Positions 11,971 through 24,461 of a stretch of DNA of 64,000 bases are shown here, in pieces. Each line of letters opens with the position of its first letter. The stretch's first letter is position 1. Under the pieces are notes generated by a model. That model was given only the letters and a program-made list of their open reading frames with translations. It had not been told where the DNA came from and made no database searches. The DNA is from Spironucleus salmonicida. Its lineage: Eukaryota. Location of the stretch: positions 62,001 to 126,000 of the forward strand of contig NC_090599.1 in the NCBI RefSeq assembly GCF_000497125.1. The letters are read 5' to 3'. The position numbers and the translations under genes are program-made.

Positions 11971-13717
11971 ATGGACAGCTTTATTAATATATAACCCTCT
12001 GTGAATTCTTCTAAAATAGATAATCTATAGGACAGTATCGTATAAGTTAAGTAAGAAACAGTTTATACAACCTATAATTTAGTTGAATTTATGAAGCATT
12101 TTAATAAATATTATAGTAAATTGACTAATGCACTCTTAGATATGAGAGCTGATGTAGATATCATGAAAAATGACAATAAATAAATAGTAGATTATATCCT
12201 TAAAGATGTCGAAGATGGAGAAGTATGCCATAAGTGCGGTGAGCCTTTTATTTGTTACCACTCCAAATATCATGAAACTAGGAAATCTACATATTTTTCT
12301 AAACGGTTAAATAGTAATTGGGGCTAAATTTTAATAAGCCATATATTCAATGATAGGATTGCTCAGCCCTGTATTGATTTCTATTTTTTCTTGGGCTTTT
12401 CTATATAATATTCAAGATGCATCTAATATTTTTATTTATAGAGGAGCATGTGAAGCTTTTATAACTATAACCTGCATATTGTGTGTTTTTGCTTTATTTA
12501 GTGTATTTATTACTGCATTTACAGATCCAGGAATCATCCCTGGAAAAGAATTACTAGAAAGTTTTACAGCCACATTAAATGAAAAAATTTAATCTAAAAG
12601 CAATACTATACGTGCTTTACCATAAACCTAAAAAGACTTAAAGATTTCATCAAATTGTTAATCATAGTTACCATCAGAATCATCTATGACGCTAACAATA
12701 TTAAGTTCATTGCATAAACCAGAAACACCATTAAAATTTTAGTTGAAGGGATATAGTTTTAATTCTAAATATTGTTCAACTTGTCGATTTTATCGACCTT
12801 TAAGAGCTACCCATGCATCTATATCAAATGTATGCATATAAAGGTATGATCATTTTTGCGCTTGGATAGGTACAGATGTTGCATTGCATAACCATGGATT
12901 GTTTTATTTGATGTTATTCATAGTTTTTATTCAATTATCTGTGATGATATTGATTAATCTTACCATAATTATATATTCGATATAAGCATTTGTAAATATT
13001 GATGTTATTCCTGCTAACTTGAAAGGTTTAGGAATATTTGGCATGATAATGATGTTGACATTATTAGGCGGTGCGGGGTATATTATTTTTTCTTTGTGTT
13101 AATTAATGTAATATCATGTTAATCTTTTAAAAACCGGTACTCTTACGAAAGAGGATTCTGGTGTCAATAATGCATAAGTATCTGGTCCATTTTCGTATTT
13201 TAATCTATGGCTAAATTTTAAATTATGTTTTAAAGGATTAACATAGAAAAGATTACTTAAAAATGCAATTATATAATAAAATTATATAATAAATTTAGTT
13301 GAGAAAAATCCCTATATAGTAAACTTAGACTCATTAGGAAGAATTTTATTAATGAATGGTTATTAATAGTTCATGTCTACAAATATTGCTTTATCAGAAG
13401 AAGATTAGGTTAAAGCACAGTCATTTAAACATTTTTATGATGAAAGTTAATAAAAGAATTAATTAATTAATAATTAGTTAACATATTTATAAATTTTAAC
13501 AATACGTGACGGCGTGGAGTTCGGCCTACTAAGGAGTAGGGACTAAGTAATTTAAACCAAAGAAGATTTTGATAGTATAAAAGATACTCGACCTGATCTT
13601 TTTGTCGAAAAAGAGTCTAAGAGAGATATGCTTTCATTGGTTAAGGTATGCTAGAAAAAAATAAAAGATAATGGCAGAGTTGATTAGAAATAAGAAATAG
13701 CTGTTGCATAAATATGA
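11971..13717 (+). CDS. DHHC-family palmitoyltransferase (Erf2-like, DHFC variant); either spliced 11971-12238 + 12282-13717, or unspliced from ATG 12272
   Basis: GNLHIFLNGQIVIG, TDPGIIP, YCSTCRFYRPLRATH...DHFCAWIG, TLTKE and four TM segments in frame 2. The upstream frame-1 ORF from 11971 joins in frame if 12239-12281 is removed. The family call is secure; the 5' structure is not. Confidence 0.8.
12239..12281 (+). other. candidate 43-nt spliceosomal intron (GTGAG...AAACTAG)
   Basis: GT-AG boundaries, phase 1. Removal fuses ...EVCHKC to G-NLHIFLNG and resolves an otherwise ~180-nt overlap of two same-strand ORFs. No canonical ACTAAC branch point is visible. Confidence 0.45.
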
Positions 13718-13729
13718 ATATTATTAAAT

Positions 13730-14551
13730 TCACTGATAAAATATAGTAATATCGATAATTTAATCAAAAATATCAAAATATAAAACTTCTTCAAAGTTTC
13801 CGCTAGAATTAATTTCTTCTTAAATTGTGATAGTAACTTCTTATTTATTAGTATCAGTATACAATTTAATTTGATCTTATAGATAATCTTTTTTACATTC
13901 TTCCTCTTATATTTATTCCTACTAGAACTCTTCTATTTATTTATCTTGTAAATTCTAATGATCAAAATAATTTATTTCTGGGATTTGATTAACAGAAAAT
14001 GATTAATAATCACCATCAAATTATGTGTATTCCTCAACTTACTTATTTACTTATTAATATGTCTTATTCACAATTTTAAACTTGTTTTTAAGAAACATGT
14101 CATGTTATCTCGTTTAGATATAACTACTATATTTGCTTAACTCTTTTTAAGGAGAATTACTTCTAACAAACAAAATTTATCTAGATTTTTTATAAACCAG
14201 AGTTTATTCTCTTTGTTCATACGAACTTTTAACTTTGTGCATTCTTTATTTATCTAAATTATTAACCCTTTCTATCTCTTTAATCTTTTCATTACGTATA
14301 TAGTCATTATTCTTTCGCATGTGTGTAGAAACCTATTTATAAATAGGCGAATATGTGGTTAGTAAAGTCTTAGCATTAACAATATTATCAAGTAAATACG
14401 CATTATCGTGATCTTTTTTCCTTTACTATAAATGAATCTAATGCAAAGGTTTAACTATCTTACAATTTGGTTTTTTATGATCGACCGATGCCTATGGTGA
14501 CTAAATTCTTCCAATTAAAATATTATCATGATAATTGCGGAATTAATCCAT
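13730..14551 (-). CDS. CFAP97/KIAA1430-domain-like flagellar protein
   Basis: Fully translated 273-aa ORF. SVDHKKP...DNAYLLDNI and RNEKIKEIERVN...RMHKVKSSY resemble the CFAP97 domain. Confidence 0.5.
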
Positions 14552-14632
14552 TTTTTAACCAATATAAATTTATTATAGTAAATAATTAATAATAAAATCC
14601 GAAACTAAAAACTACTTTAATAGTATGTTTAT

Positions 14633-15181
14633 ATGACCTTTTCCTTATTACAGAAAATGATTCTTGCTCTTTCTTGTTGGTATCCGCTTATAAGCGTCAC
14701 TATCTAAGATGGATAGTTTACAATAACAGCTTCTGGTTATTGTCCCATTAACAAAGCAGGATAAGTTACAGAAATATAAGTAGAATATTAATCAGAAACA
14801 ACATTTAATACGGTTATGTAACTAGTATAAAACCAGAAGGTTTATATTTTTGATTGTCGTGATGTTGATGGAATGACAGTAGAATAATGTAAGTCAATGA
14901 TGAAAAAATGGAAATGGTATCCAATAATCTCACTTTCTGCTATAATGAAAGTCCCACATACAGAAATTGAAGGTGTAAATTTCACAGTGGAAACAGGTCC
15001 TTGCTTTGCGTTTGTTATTGGGCCAACTTTTTGGATTATCATAAGCATATTCTCAATTTTAATTTTAATAAGATGTGTATTCTGTACGTTTTACTTAAGA
15101 CAATACTGGACAGCTTTGTATTAGAGAGAAATTTCGGAGTAGCCAAAGAAACCTTTGGAAGTGAAGTAAATTGACCAGTGA
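14633..15181 (+). CDS. hypothetical single-pass membrane protein
   Basis: 182-aa ORF with a hydrophobic N-terminus and a TM helix FWIIISIFSILILIRCVF; ends CAG-TGA. Confidence 0.7.
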
Positions 15182-15450
15182 AGTTATTTTGATGTCTGTA
15201 TCATAAATGTTATTTTATCCTATAGTATATTTGATGATTTAGTATATATTATGAACTCTTATAATTATATATGTATTATATGTGAGTAGTATTATATTAA
15301 GTATATAGTATAGTATAATTTCATAATATAATAGGATATAAATAATATTGATTAAATAATTATATCACTGCAATTATATATAAACAATAGCTTTAGATAC
15401 GCTAGTCAAATTTACTTTTCTATAATCACTTATTATTTAATAATATAAAA

Positions 15451-16644
15451 ATGAAACGACCACACAGAACACTCAATAACAACGGAACCAATTAAGATTA
15501 CGACCCTAAGTAACTTTAAATTCTCACTAACGAGCTACTAACACTAAATATTTAGAAAAAAGAACTCTAATAGTAAATTTAATTAATAGAGAGTAGTATA
15601 AAATAAAAATAAAATTTTAACTCATCCAAACTTCTTGCTCTAGAACAAGAGTATTGTGATTTATAATTAGCTTAAAGAACTGCTAAAACATAAATGTAAG
15701 ATGCAATGAAGACATTCAATCTATTAATTAAAGAAGAAGAGTGCTTTAACTAACAACGAAATGCTGAAAACTCTAATACCCTGCTATTAAAATCATGTGA
15801 AACACTAAAGAATGAAATAAGCGAACTAGAGATTAAATTTGAATTAGAATAAAAATTAAAAAACACTAATTTTGATGATTTTGTGAACAAGAAAACTAGA
15901 ATTTTATAGGACTTTTAAAGTCAAAATTCCATTTTAGACAATAAAATTACTAGAGCTCTGGTTTAAAAGAAGTAGTTGGAGGATAAGACCGCTTAATGTG
16001 TAAAATAAAATGATGAAATAATCATATAGACATAAAAAGTTTAAATTGAATTAAAACTAGTTTAAAAAAATTATAATGATGCTAAAAATGTTTTATAGGA
16101 AATTTAAGATTAACATTTAGGGGAGAAAATACTTAATTTAGAGAATTAAATGCGCTTATAACTTTAATTAATTTAAAAATATGAGTTGCTATAGGTAAAT
16201 GATTTAACTAAGATTCTAAACTAATGTGATAACCTGAAAATATAGAGCTAATACTATTAAAAATAATTTGAATAAGTTTTTGATACATTTGATATGAAAA
16301 ACCTCTAAAACATATTTTAGAGTTTTATTTAGTATAAAGAACAATAAAAATTAAAACTAGAAGACCATTAATTCCTGTATAATAAAAATTGTAGTTAAAC
16401 TGACTACCTCAATGAATAAACATTTTAATGCCGATAAAAATTATAGGAGTTATAAATTGAAGTGGATAATTAGTTAATATTGCTGAAACAAATTACCATG
16501 GAACAAAAAACTATTGATAAATAATTGTTTATTAAAGAGTAATAATTAGATGAGCTGTCTCTAGAAAGCTTATAGTTTTAGCTATAGGAGCTTGAAATAT
16601 AAAATTAGAAGATGGACGATATTGTCAATGCAAAACTTAAATGA
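15451..16644 (+). CDS. coiled-coil protein
   Basis: 397-aa ORF rich in Q/E/K/L heptads. Confidence 0.75.
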
Positions 16645-16645
16645 G

Positions 16646-17617
16646 TCACTTACATTAACTAGGTACTCCGTTACTGTATAATACCACAACCGTTTCACCT
16701 CTATTTTATAGCTATATAACTAGATCACCTGCTTTGTTTCCTATACATGATTCATACATATCATCAATTTTATTGGTAAGTAGAATAGTACCTGGAATTT
16801 CTAAATTTCGTGCAAAAGCTTCAACTAATTTATTATCATCATAAATATAAATACCAGAGTCTCCCTACCAATGTCTATTTAATGTTCTAATGCATTTATT
16901 TTAAAGTTATTCAATGGGAACACATACTAGTTGCTAAGTGTAAATAGTTGGTGAAAAAATCATAACTGATTTAAAACTAGTGAAATTACCAAAAAAGTTA
17001 CCAGAAATGTGAGCTAGTATATCTTCAAATTTTCCAGATAATGATAGACCTGATGCACCTGATATATCTGTGCTACTTTATACCTATCCTTAAAATTTAA
17101 AAAACCCTGTACCTTGAAATTTGATTGTTTTTTCTATGTTCACATTCGAATAACTAAACTATGAAACAGTTTAACCAGAATTAATATCCAACTCAAATAA
17201 TTATTCGTCTTTAATATTAAGTCTTAAAATACCAGCATTTCTAACAAAAATATGAGTTACATTACACTTATCAACATTAAGTTCAGCTCTAGCACACGGG
17301 AATAAAGCTTTTTTTGGTGAAATCTATAAACTATTAATATCATAGAATAACTCAGCCTTAAATATACCTTATTTATTTGTTGTAATTTTATTTCTTAAGA
17401 TAACTGTTACTCCATTATTTATTGTGAGTGATGATAAATTTTCTGCCAATACTTGTTAATCAATCATTTCCAAAGTATATGATTTACAATATCCAAAAGC
17501 AGATGAGACATAAATAGTTGAGATAAGTAACAGTGGAACCATAAATAAGCCCCCCACAAAAATTATTTAAAGTTTAATAATTGATTTCATACGAATGCAG
17601 TAGTCTCTATCAAACAT
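16646..17617 (-). CDS. hypothetical protein with N-terminal membrane anchor
   Basis: 323-aa ORF; IIFVGGLFMVPLLLISTIYV segment; ends AAG-TGA. Confidence 0.7.
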
Positions 17618-17663
17618 TTTTCTTTAAATTTATTATATTATAATACAATATAATACATAAACT

Positions 17664-18671
17664 TCACTTTTTATATTTTCCATAAATCATTTTGTCAACT
17701 CTTAGTAACTCTCTTGTTAAATTCTCATTCCTTCGTCGCAGGCTCTATATTTCATCTATATTCTATTTATTTTATTCATAGTTTACTTCCTTTTCATGAG
17801 ATAAAATTAGTATCTCGGCTTATTATTGCTTACTCAATACTTTTAATTAACTAATACGATCTCTTTATCCTTCGATACAATCATTAAGTTTGCACATATC
17901 TGCAGCAGCGGATTTGAGCAAATTTAATTTATCTGCATCCACCTATTACAACTGCTACTATAATACTTTAACCTTTTAAGCCAATTATGCATTAATAGCT
18001 CTTTGACTCTATTCTGCTATCTTAAGTCTTTCTTAAAATGATTTTTACTATTATTCTTAAAATACTCTCATTTCTTCTCTAGTAGCCCTAATTTCTTGTT
18101 TTAAAGCATCATTTTCTCTATCCGTTAACTATAATTTATCGGAAATACCTGCTTATCTTGTTTCATAAATATGCTTTAACTACTCTATATCTTATAATGC
18201 TCTAGAATGATCAGCCTATAAAGATAATAGTCGTTTTTTAGTTGATTCTAGTTCATTTTATAACTAGCCTATAGAGTCTCGAGACTACGCAACTATTGCA
18301 TCTCTTTCTTTCTCTAAAGTATTAATCTACTCTTAAGCACGTTATCGTATCGATGTCACAATTTTATTATTATCAGCATTTATTTAATTTAATGTTTGTG
18401 CTTCAATAGATGGAGACTTGTGTAAATGTTAGTTATATTCTTAACTTTGCTCTTGCAACCCCGAATCTCCTAAATTAAAATCATTAAGTTATTATTAAGA
18501 TGTTGCAACATCTTTTAATGAAGGCATAAATTATACAGATCTTGTTGAATCAACTAAAGATTCACCAATTGTAGTTGGCCTTTAAGCTTCAGTGTCTAAT
18601 AACATTTTATATTTTTACAATATTCTGTTAGACAAATCTCCATCAACATTAGAATCAAATGATTATTCCAT
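17664..18671 (-). CDS. coiled-coil protein
   Basis: 335-aa ORF with a heptad-rich C-terminal two-thirds; ends AAG-TGA. Confidence 0.75.
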
Positions 18672-18770
18672 TTAGTGAAATTTGAAAATTTGTTATATAC
18701 GTATATAATAATGTAAATATCATTAACATTATATATTGTTTATACACATATAAAAGTAGTGTAACTTAGA

Positions 18771-19328
18771 ATGAGTAAATGGGAAAAGGTCCCACAATAT
18801 TATGAATAATACAAACTAAAACAACTATAATAAAGCTAATATTAATCAAATAAAAAAATTCTATATAAATCTCAAGAGAGTTCATTATCAACAATTAATT
18901 AGAAATTATCATTTCTTCCAATATTAACCCTATCGATGATTCCAGAATAATTCACGCTTTCGAGATGTCCATAGAAGTATGTATAAAATTAGACATAAAG
19001 TTAAATTACAAATCCTGAGTTAAATAATATTTTTTGTCTATGCGAAGATAGATTTTCATAATAACCATTATAAACTTTAAAGCCTTAAAGATAGAAAATA
19101 GATAAACTCACATTGAAGCAAGAAAGTTTTGGTGAACATTTTATCAAAACCAGAGAAAATATTACATCCTCGTAGCGGTTATATTACCCATCTGAAAAAT
19201 TGTTCATGCAATGGGCATATATAAATGGTAAGTTTCCTTAAAAATCATCTCTATGTTTACCAGATACTGCTTAAGACGAATAATATTTTGCAAATTTCTA
19301 GTTAAAAAAAATTAATTAAACTTAGTGA
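18771..19328 (+). CDS. hypothetical protein
   Basis: 185-aa ORF from ATG 18771 to TAG-TGA. Confidence 0.65.
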
Positions 19329-19369
19329 TATGTTATAATACAATTCAATAGATAATTTTAAATTTTAGA

Positions 19370-21187
19370 ATGTAAACACTGGAGGTAAAGATCTAATCAT
19401 TGTTTCCTGATCTGTCTTTGTTTGTTATTGAGGTATCCTAAGATATCTTAGAAAATCCATCATAGTATCCAGAAATTACGACTTCTACAGAAAAGTAATT
19501 AACGGCGTAAAAAGCTAAAGCACCATCTGGATGGAGTCTACCAAATTCTCACTACTAGTAGAAAATTAACGCGATTCTTAAATAGTCTAAAGATGCTCGA
19601 TACTTGTTTATTATTTAGAAGTATCTCGAAAGCTAGTATATAGCTAGAAAGACAAATGAAACATTTATTGAGATTTATAATCTCCTTAGACAAGGTAATT
19701 TACCATCAGCAGTATCGTCACTTACTTCTTCGAACTTATAACTCCACGCAGCCATGCTTACAGGCTACCAAACACTGCTAGGACATAATTCTCTTGAACT
19801 TGATATTAAAGAATGGATCTTGTAAGCAAAGAACTTTTCGCTTAATAAAAAATATCCATTGTTAGAAAGGGCTGTTTTTGGTGTCATTTCAGGAAATCCT
19901 TAGCCAATTCGAGAATGGCTTGGCCCATCCAAATCTGATACTGATGAGGCCTGGATTTGTTGTATATCAGGAATCAGAGAATCACTATGTGGGGGTTCTG
20001 GCCGCTCTTATCTAGCACAAACTATCTAACTTTTGTCAAAATCGAAGTTCGATGGCCAAAAACTAATTTCCGGTGATTATACCAATTACATCAGTTAAAT
20101 TATTGTAGAATTCACAAAATTGAATGAAATTTATGATGAAAATGCATTGATATAACAGCGAAAAATTGCACTTATTGCATCTCACATATTAAGTACAATT
20201 AATTAAATTCCATTAAAAACTTAACTTACTATAAACCTTTAAAGTTAGCTTAACAACTTAATTGAGACTTATGTCCGTCAGATCCTAAATTAATAAAATC
20301 CAGCAGATTCAGAGCTTATTCCGTACTTTATTTTCAATTTAGATAACTTCACTTCAATTTAGCTAATTCTTATTTACTTGAAACAGACGCGAAACTATCA
20401 ACTTGCAATACAATTAGCAGAGGAAAGTCTTCAAAACGATGTTGATTCAATTTTGTAATTTCGATTTTTAGCTATTTAGTAACTTAGTGAAATGTACTTG
20501 AATAACCAATAGTTGGCTAATTTGAGTTAATTAGCAGTTTTTGGAAGATTTCCATTAAGCGCAAATATATCCTTTATATATCTGCTATTTATTTCCAGAA
20601 ACTTGATTATAAATGACTTTTTTGAAGAATTAAAAAATGTAATTCAATTACTTATTGGCTTATTAGATAGTTTTAAAAACTCAATAAGCGAGGTTTTAAT
20701 AGAAGAATTCAATATAATAATGTTATTTTCTCGTGCTATAAACAGTGATTTTGTAGATAAAATGAGGGATGGAAAGGATAAGTAATCTATTTTAAAAACC
20801 TTTTCGGAAATGTAAAATAATTATTTCACATGTTTAGACCTTATTAAAACCGGATCTTTTCTGATTTTTAGCAATCAGGCAGAGATAGTAGCTACAGAAT
20901 AAATTTTTAATAGTTAGAGCCATCAACGTGAGTAAAGCATTTAGAAGCTAATAGAAAAAGTAGTATCAGATTCACTCGTTAATATTTCACACTCATTATT
21001 CGTATATTGCACATAATAGGAACTTTAGAAACGCAATTAATACCTTAACAATATCATTGGCCTTTGTGACTATATTTCAGATGAATCTGCTAATTTCATA
21101 TTACTAAATGTAATAACAAAAACAAGCTTAGCTGAAATACTTATGGTTGCAGAAAAAGCGTAAATAGGTCTTTTATGTAATTAGTGA
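19370..21187 (+). CDS. NUP107: nucleoporin Nup107/Nup84 family (605 aa)
   Basis: IYNLLRQGNL...HAAMLTG...W...LERAVFGVISGN...DEAW matches the Nup107 core pattern (L.R.G...RAA.L.G...W...ERA.Y..LSG...D..W). Confidence 0.65.
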
Positions 21188-21202
21188 CCAAATTTATCAC
21201 TA

Positions 21203-23134
21203 TCATACAATACCAAATCCTAGATAGTTTTCTAGTGCAAATGTCAATTTCTCCCGCAGTACGTTCTCATCTTTGTACGCAGGTAGACATAAAACATTCC
21301 CACATGTATGCGCAGTAGGATACCCAGTCAATGAGTCACCAGAACACTCTATTGTGAATCGACAGAAGCCATTGATTGGAACCCGATGAGTAGAGAAAAC
21401 AAATAATAAGAAATTCTCTTTGTCCTTTTACGGGAGGCTATGGATCAATACCCAAAACATTTTAATCGTTGAATGATTTTTATTAAACGGCTCAGAATAT
21501 TTAGTTATTTATTATAATTAAGTTAAATCTGTAGCCGACTTCCCACCTAGAATCTGCTCAAGCTAGAACGGGAGCAAATTCGTTTACTTAAAAATAGGAA
21601 TCACTTGAGTGAACCCGATTCTGATATAGTTTATTATAGCCTGTTATTGGAGTATTTCAAAGTAAATACGCTAATGAATATATTCATCTAAATTTTCGTT
21701 AGTAACAGATGTTTTTGCACCATTATCAGTCAAGTCTTTCGTAACTTACCAATCGAAAACATCGCTAGTAACCGAAAAATTTAGACATAAATCGGATATA
21801 TCAGTTCCTTAATTGCGCAAAGTTTGTAGATTGAGCAGATTAGTTAATAACTCCTCATCAAGTGCTAAAAGATCCGAATACTCAACCTTAAACAAATCGT
21901 TAAGGGTTCTAATATCAACTTTGTCGTATAAAACGGTCTATTCTTTAAGAAGTAGTTTGTAGAAAAACGGTGGTAATCGATCTCCAATACATATACCGTT
22001 CAGCAGAGCTACACCCAGAAATAACCCAAAATAAGTGAATTACCGCTTCAAATCCTCTTCTTACAAAACCGAAAAATTATCAATCCACACTGCCTGGTTG
22101 TCATATGTTTTAAACATGCAAAAATCTCGCTTAAATATCTCCTGAATCCCGATATAAATAAACTCATTTTTGAGCCCTCCCCCATCAGCTCCTTTTTCAC
22201 CTTCGAATTTCACTCTAAAATCTTGCCGTGCAGCGGTTCCTGCATGTTCTAACGATCCAGCAACTGCGATTATAAACGATATGTAATCAATCAAAATGCG
22301 TTCTCTGGACACGTTCACTACCATATTTTTGGAGTCAATATGTCTGAATGGTTCCTACCGTAGCATGACCTGTAGCTCTGATAACGATGCCAAGCCAACA
22401 TAATCGAAAGCGTTGATCTCCGTTGATTTGTTCTTCTTGACTATCTCTTTCACCTTGTCAAACTAGTCACGGCGTTCTGGTGGCTACAGATCCTGCTCTT
22501 CGACATGTTTAGCATAGTATGAGCTAGCGTGCTGCTTCTTGTAGCTCGCAAAAAATGGAACCCTTGGGGGTTAGATTTTGAGCAGCAGAAGCCGCTGAGC
22601 AGGTGCGAGGACACGGCTTAGAAAATCGAAAATTTCAGGGTCCTTTCGCTCCAGTTTTATACTGAAAAGACGGTTATAGAAAGAAGAAATCAGTCGCAAG
22701 TTATCAGTTTTAAGTGCCCTAAAATCTGTAAATTTAGCGATTGCGAACTCCATATCTGGAATGGAAAGATAGCAGTTAAAGCTATCTAGAGTAAGTAAGA
22801 GGGTTTCTGGCGTTAGTATATGTAAGTTGTCCAGGATCTGGGCGCGTGGTTACTGTGATTGGATTTAATATATTTCTGTGACTGGTAGATCTGGAGAATC
22901 ATAGGATGAGAATTTATATAGATTAAATAGCGGTTTCAGATCGTTTGATAGTTTGGTTATTATTATTTCCGCGCAATTAGCTGACTTGTGAATAGCCTAT
23001 GAAAGTGTTATTTTTTATTTGGATAGAAAGAATGATATTTTCATAGCCATATCGAGTGTGAACCATGTCTATGGGTTTAAGTTGAGCTATTTTAGTGTGA
23101 TTTCAACTTAAATAGCGATGGTTGGTCTAGCCAT
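21203..23134 (-). CDS. HECT-domain E3 ubiquitin ligase (643 aa)
   Basis: VKFEGEKGADGGGLKNEF, catalytic YPTAHTCGNVLCLPAY, C-terminal GFGIV*. Confidence 0.92.
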
Positions 23135-23176
23135 TCGAATATAAATGATGTATAATGTATAATGTATAATAACCAA

Positions 23177-24034
23177 TCATTCGTCTTTGAGAATTATTTT
23201 TTTCCTGCTTTTTGCCTACGAGAACTAATGTAAAACACGCCAGAAACTACTCAACTCCATCTTGTTAATGTTTTCTGTGTAGTATATAAGCGATTTTCGT
23301 AGGAACCAAAATGGAATACCCTCCACAGTTTAGTTGTTTTCAGTTCCGAAGTTAATCAGCAGATCTACTTATCTATTAAAGTATCCACTACTATCAAGGC
23401 TCATTCCAGGCAACTAACTTATCATTTAATCCACAGTTTTTGGTTAACTTTCCAGAATCTGCTTAATATTGTAATCATTTAATCTATCATCCACCAGTTA
23501 AATAAGCAGGTTAGATGACTAAAGCTTTGAGGGTATAACATTCGGAGCTGCAATAACTACAATAATATTCTTATGATTTTCCTCGTCATTTAATTATAAG
23601 TTTGGATTTTCATAAATCTCATTATTCTACTAGTCAATCTCAACTGTTTGCTCACCGGATAAAATTGTTATAAGAGGATGGTATCCTAATTACATTAATT
23701 GTTACTGAAGATGTTTTTACAGCTCAAAAACATCATTTATATACCATTTTGAATAAGGTAAAAATAATGTAATGAGGTCAATTTGCAGGTCATATGAGTG
23801 TGAGACAAACTAAGCTAATTTTTTCAAATAAATACCCCGGCGACTTGTCGAAATAAGTCCACCTGTCAAAACCAAATGATTGGGGACAAATTCAAAAATG
23901 GGCTTTTGCAGCACATAAGGGTAAAGTAATGAATGAAATTTATCAAAATAGTAGACTATTCTAGCCTTTAATGAATAACTAAGATTCATTACAAAAGTAA
24001 ATGTCTTAAATAGGTAACGGAAGATTGATTTCAT
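23177..24034 (-). CDS. Nus1/NgBR-like cis-prenyltransferase subunit
   Basis: VPNHLVL and VDLLINFG...GIPFWFLRKSLIY...FWRVLHQFS resemble Nus1 (PDLLI.FG...GFPPW..R..EI). Hydrophobic N-terminus. Confidence 0.6.
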
Positions 24035-24080
24035 TTAGTCATAGATTAGATTCTAATTATATACAATTAAATAACTAAAA

Positions 24081-24422
24081 ATGAATAATTTTTATGAAGG
24101 AATTTAAATTCTATTAAAATCATAAGAATAAAACGATTTAGTTCATAAAGATGTGCTGACTGCTGTTTTAAATGAATTAGGTATAATGATGCGAATAGAA
24201 CAAAACTACACTATACATAATTTCATTAGTTAATTAAAATAGTTTATCCATGAAAATTAAATGGAATTTTTAATGAAAACTTATTAGAGCGCTAAGGTAA
24301 AGACCATTACTAACAGCACGCTTCAGAATATAAGTAAAAACATTGGTATGTATATTTAAGACATTGATTATATTTAAGAAGAGTACACCTTAAATACTTT
24401 TCTCAAGTAATTTGATATTTGA
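24081..24422 (+). CDS. small protein, possibly degenerate EF-hand (centrin-like)
   Basis: 113-aa ORF. KTITNSTLQNISKNIG weakly resembles centrin GKISFKNLKRVAKELG. Confidence 0.5.
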
Positions 24423-24461
24423 ATTTTTATATATAAGCTAGTTACTTTTCACTCCTTATAA

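Noticed and set aside
12223-12281. Alternative intron GTATGC...AAACTAG (59 nt) with a more consensus-like donor
   Set aside because: Removal leads into frame 3, which stops at a TGA around 12351; it does not restore the DHHC frame.
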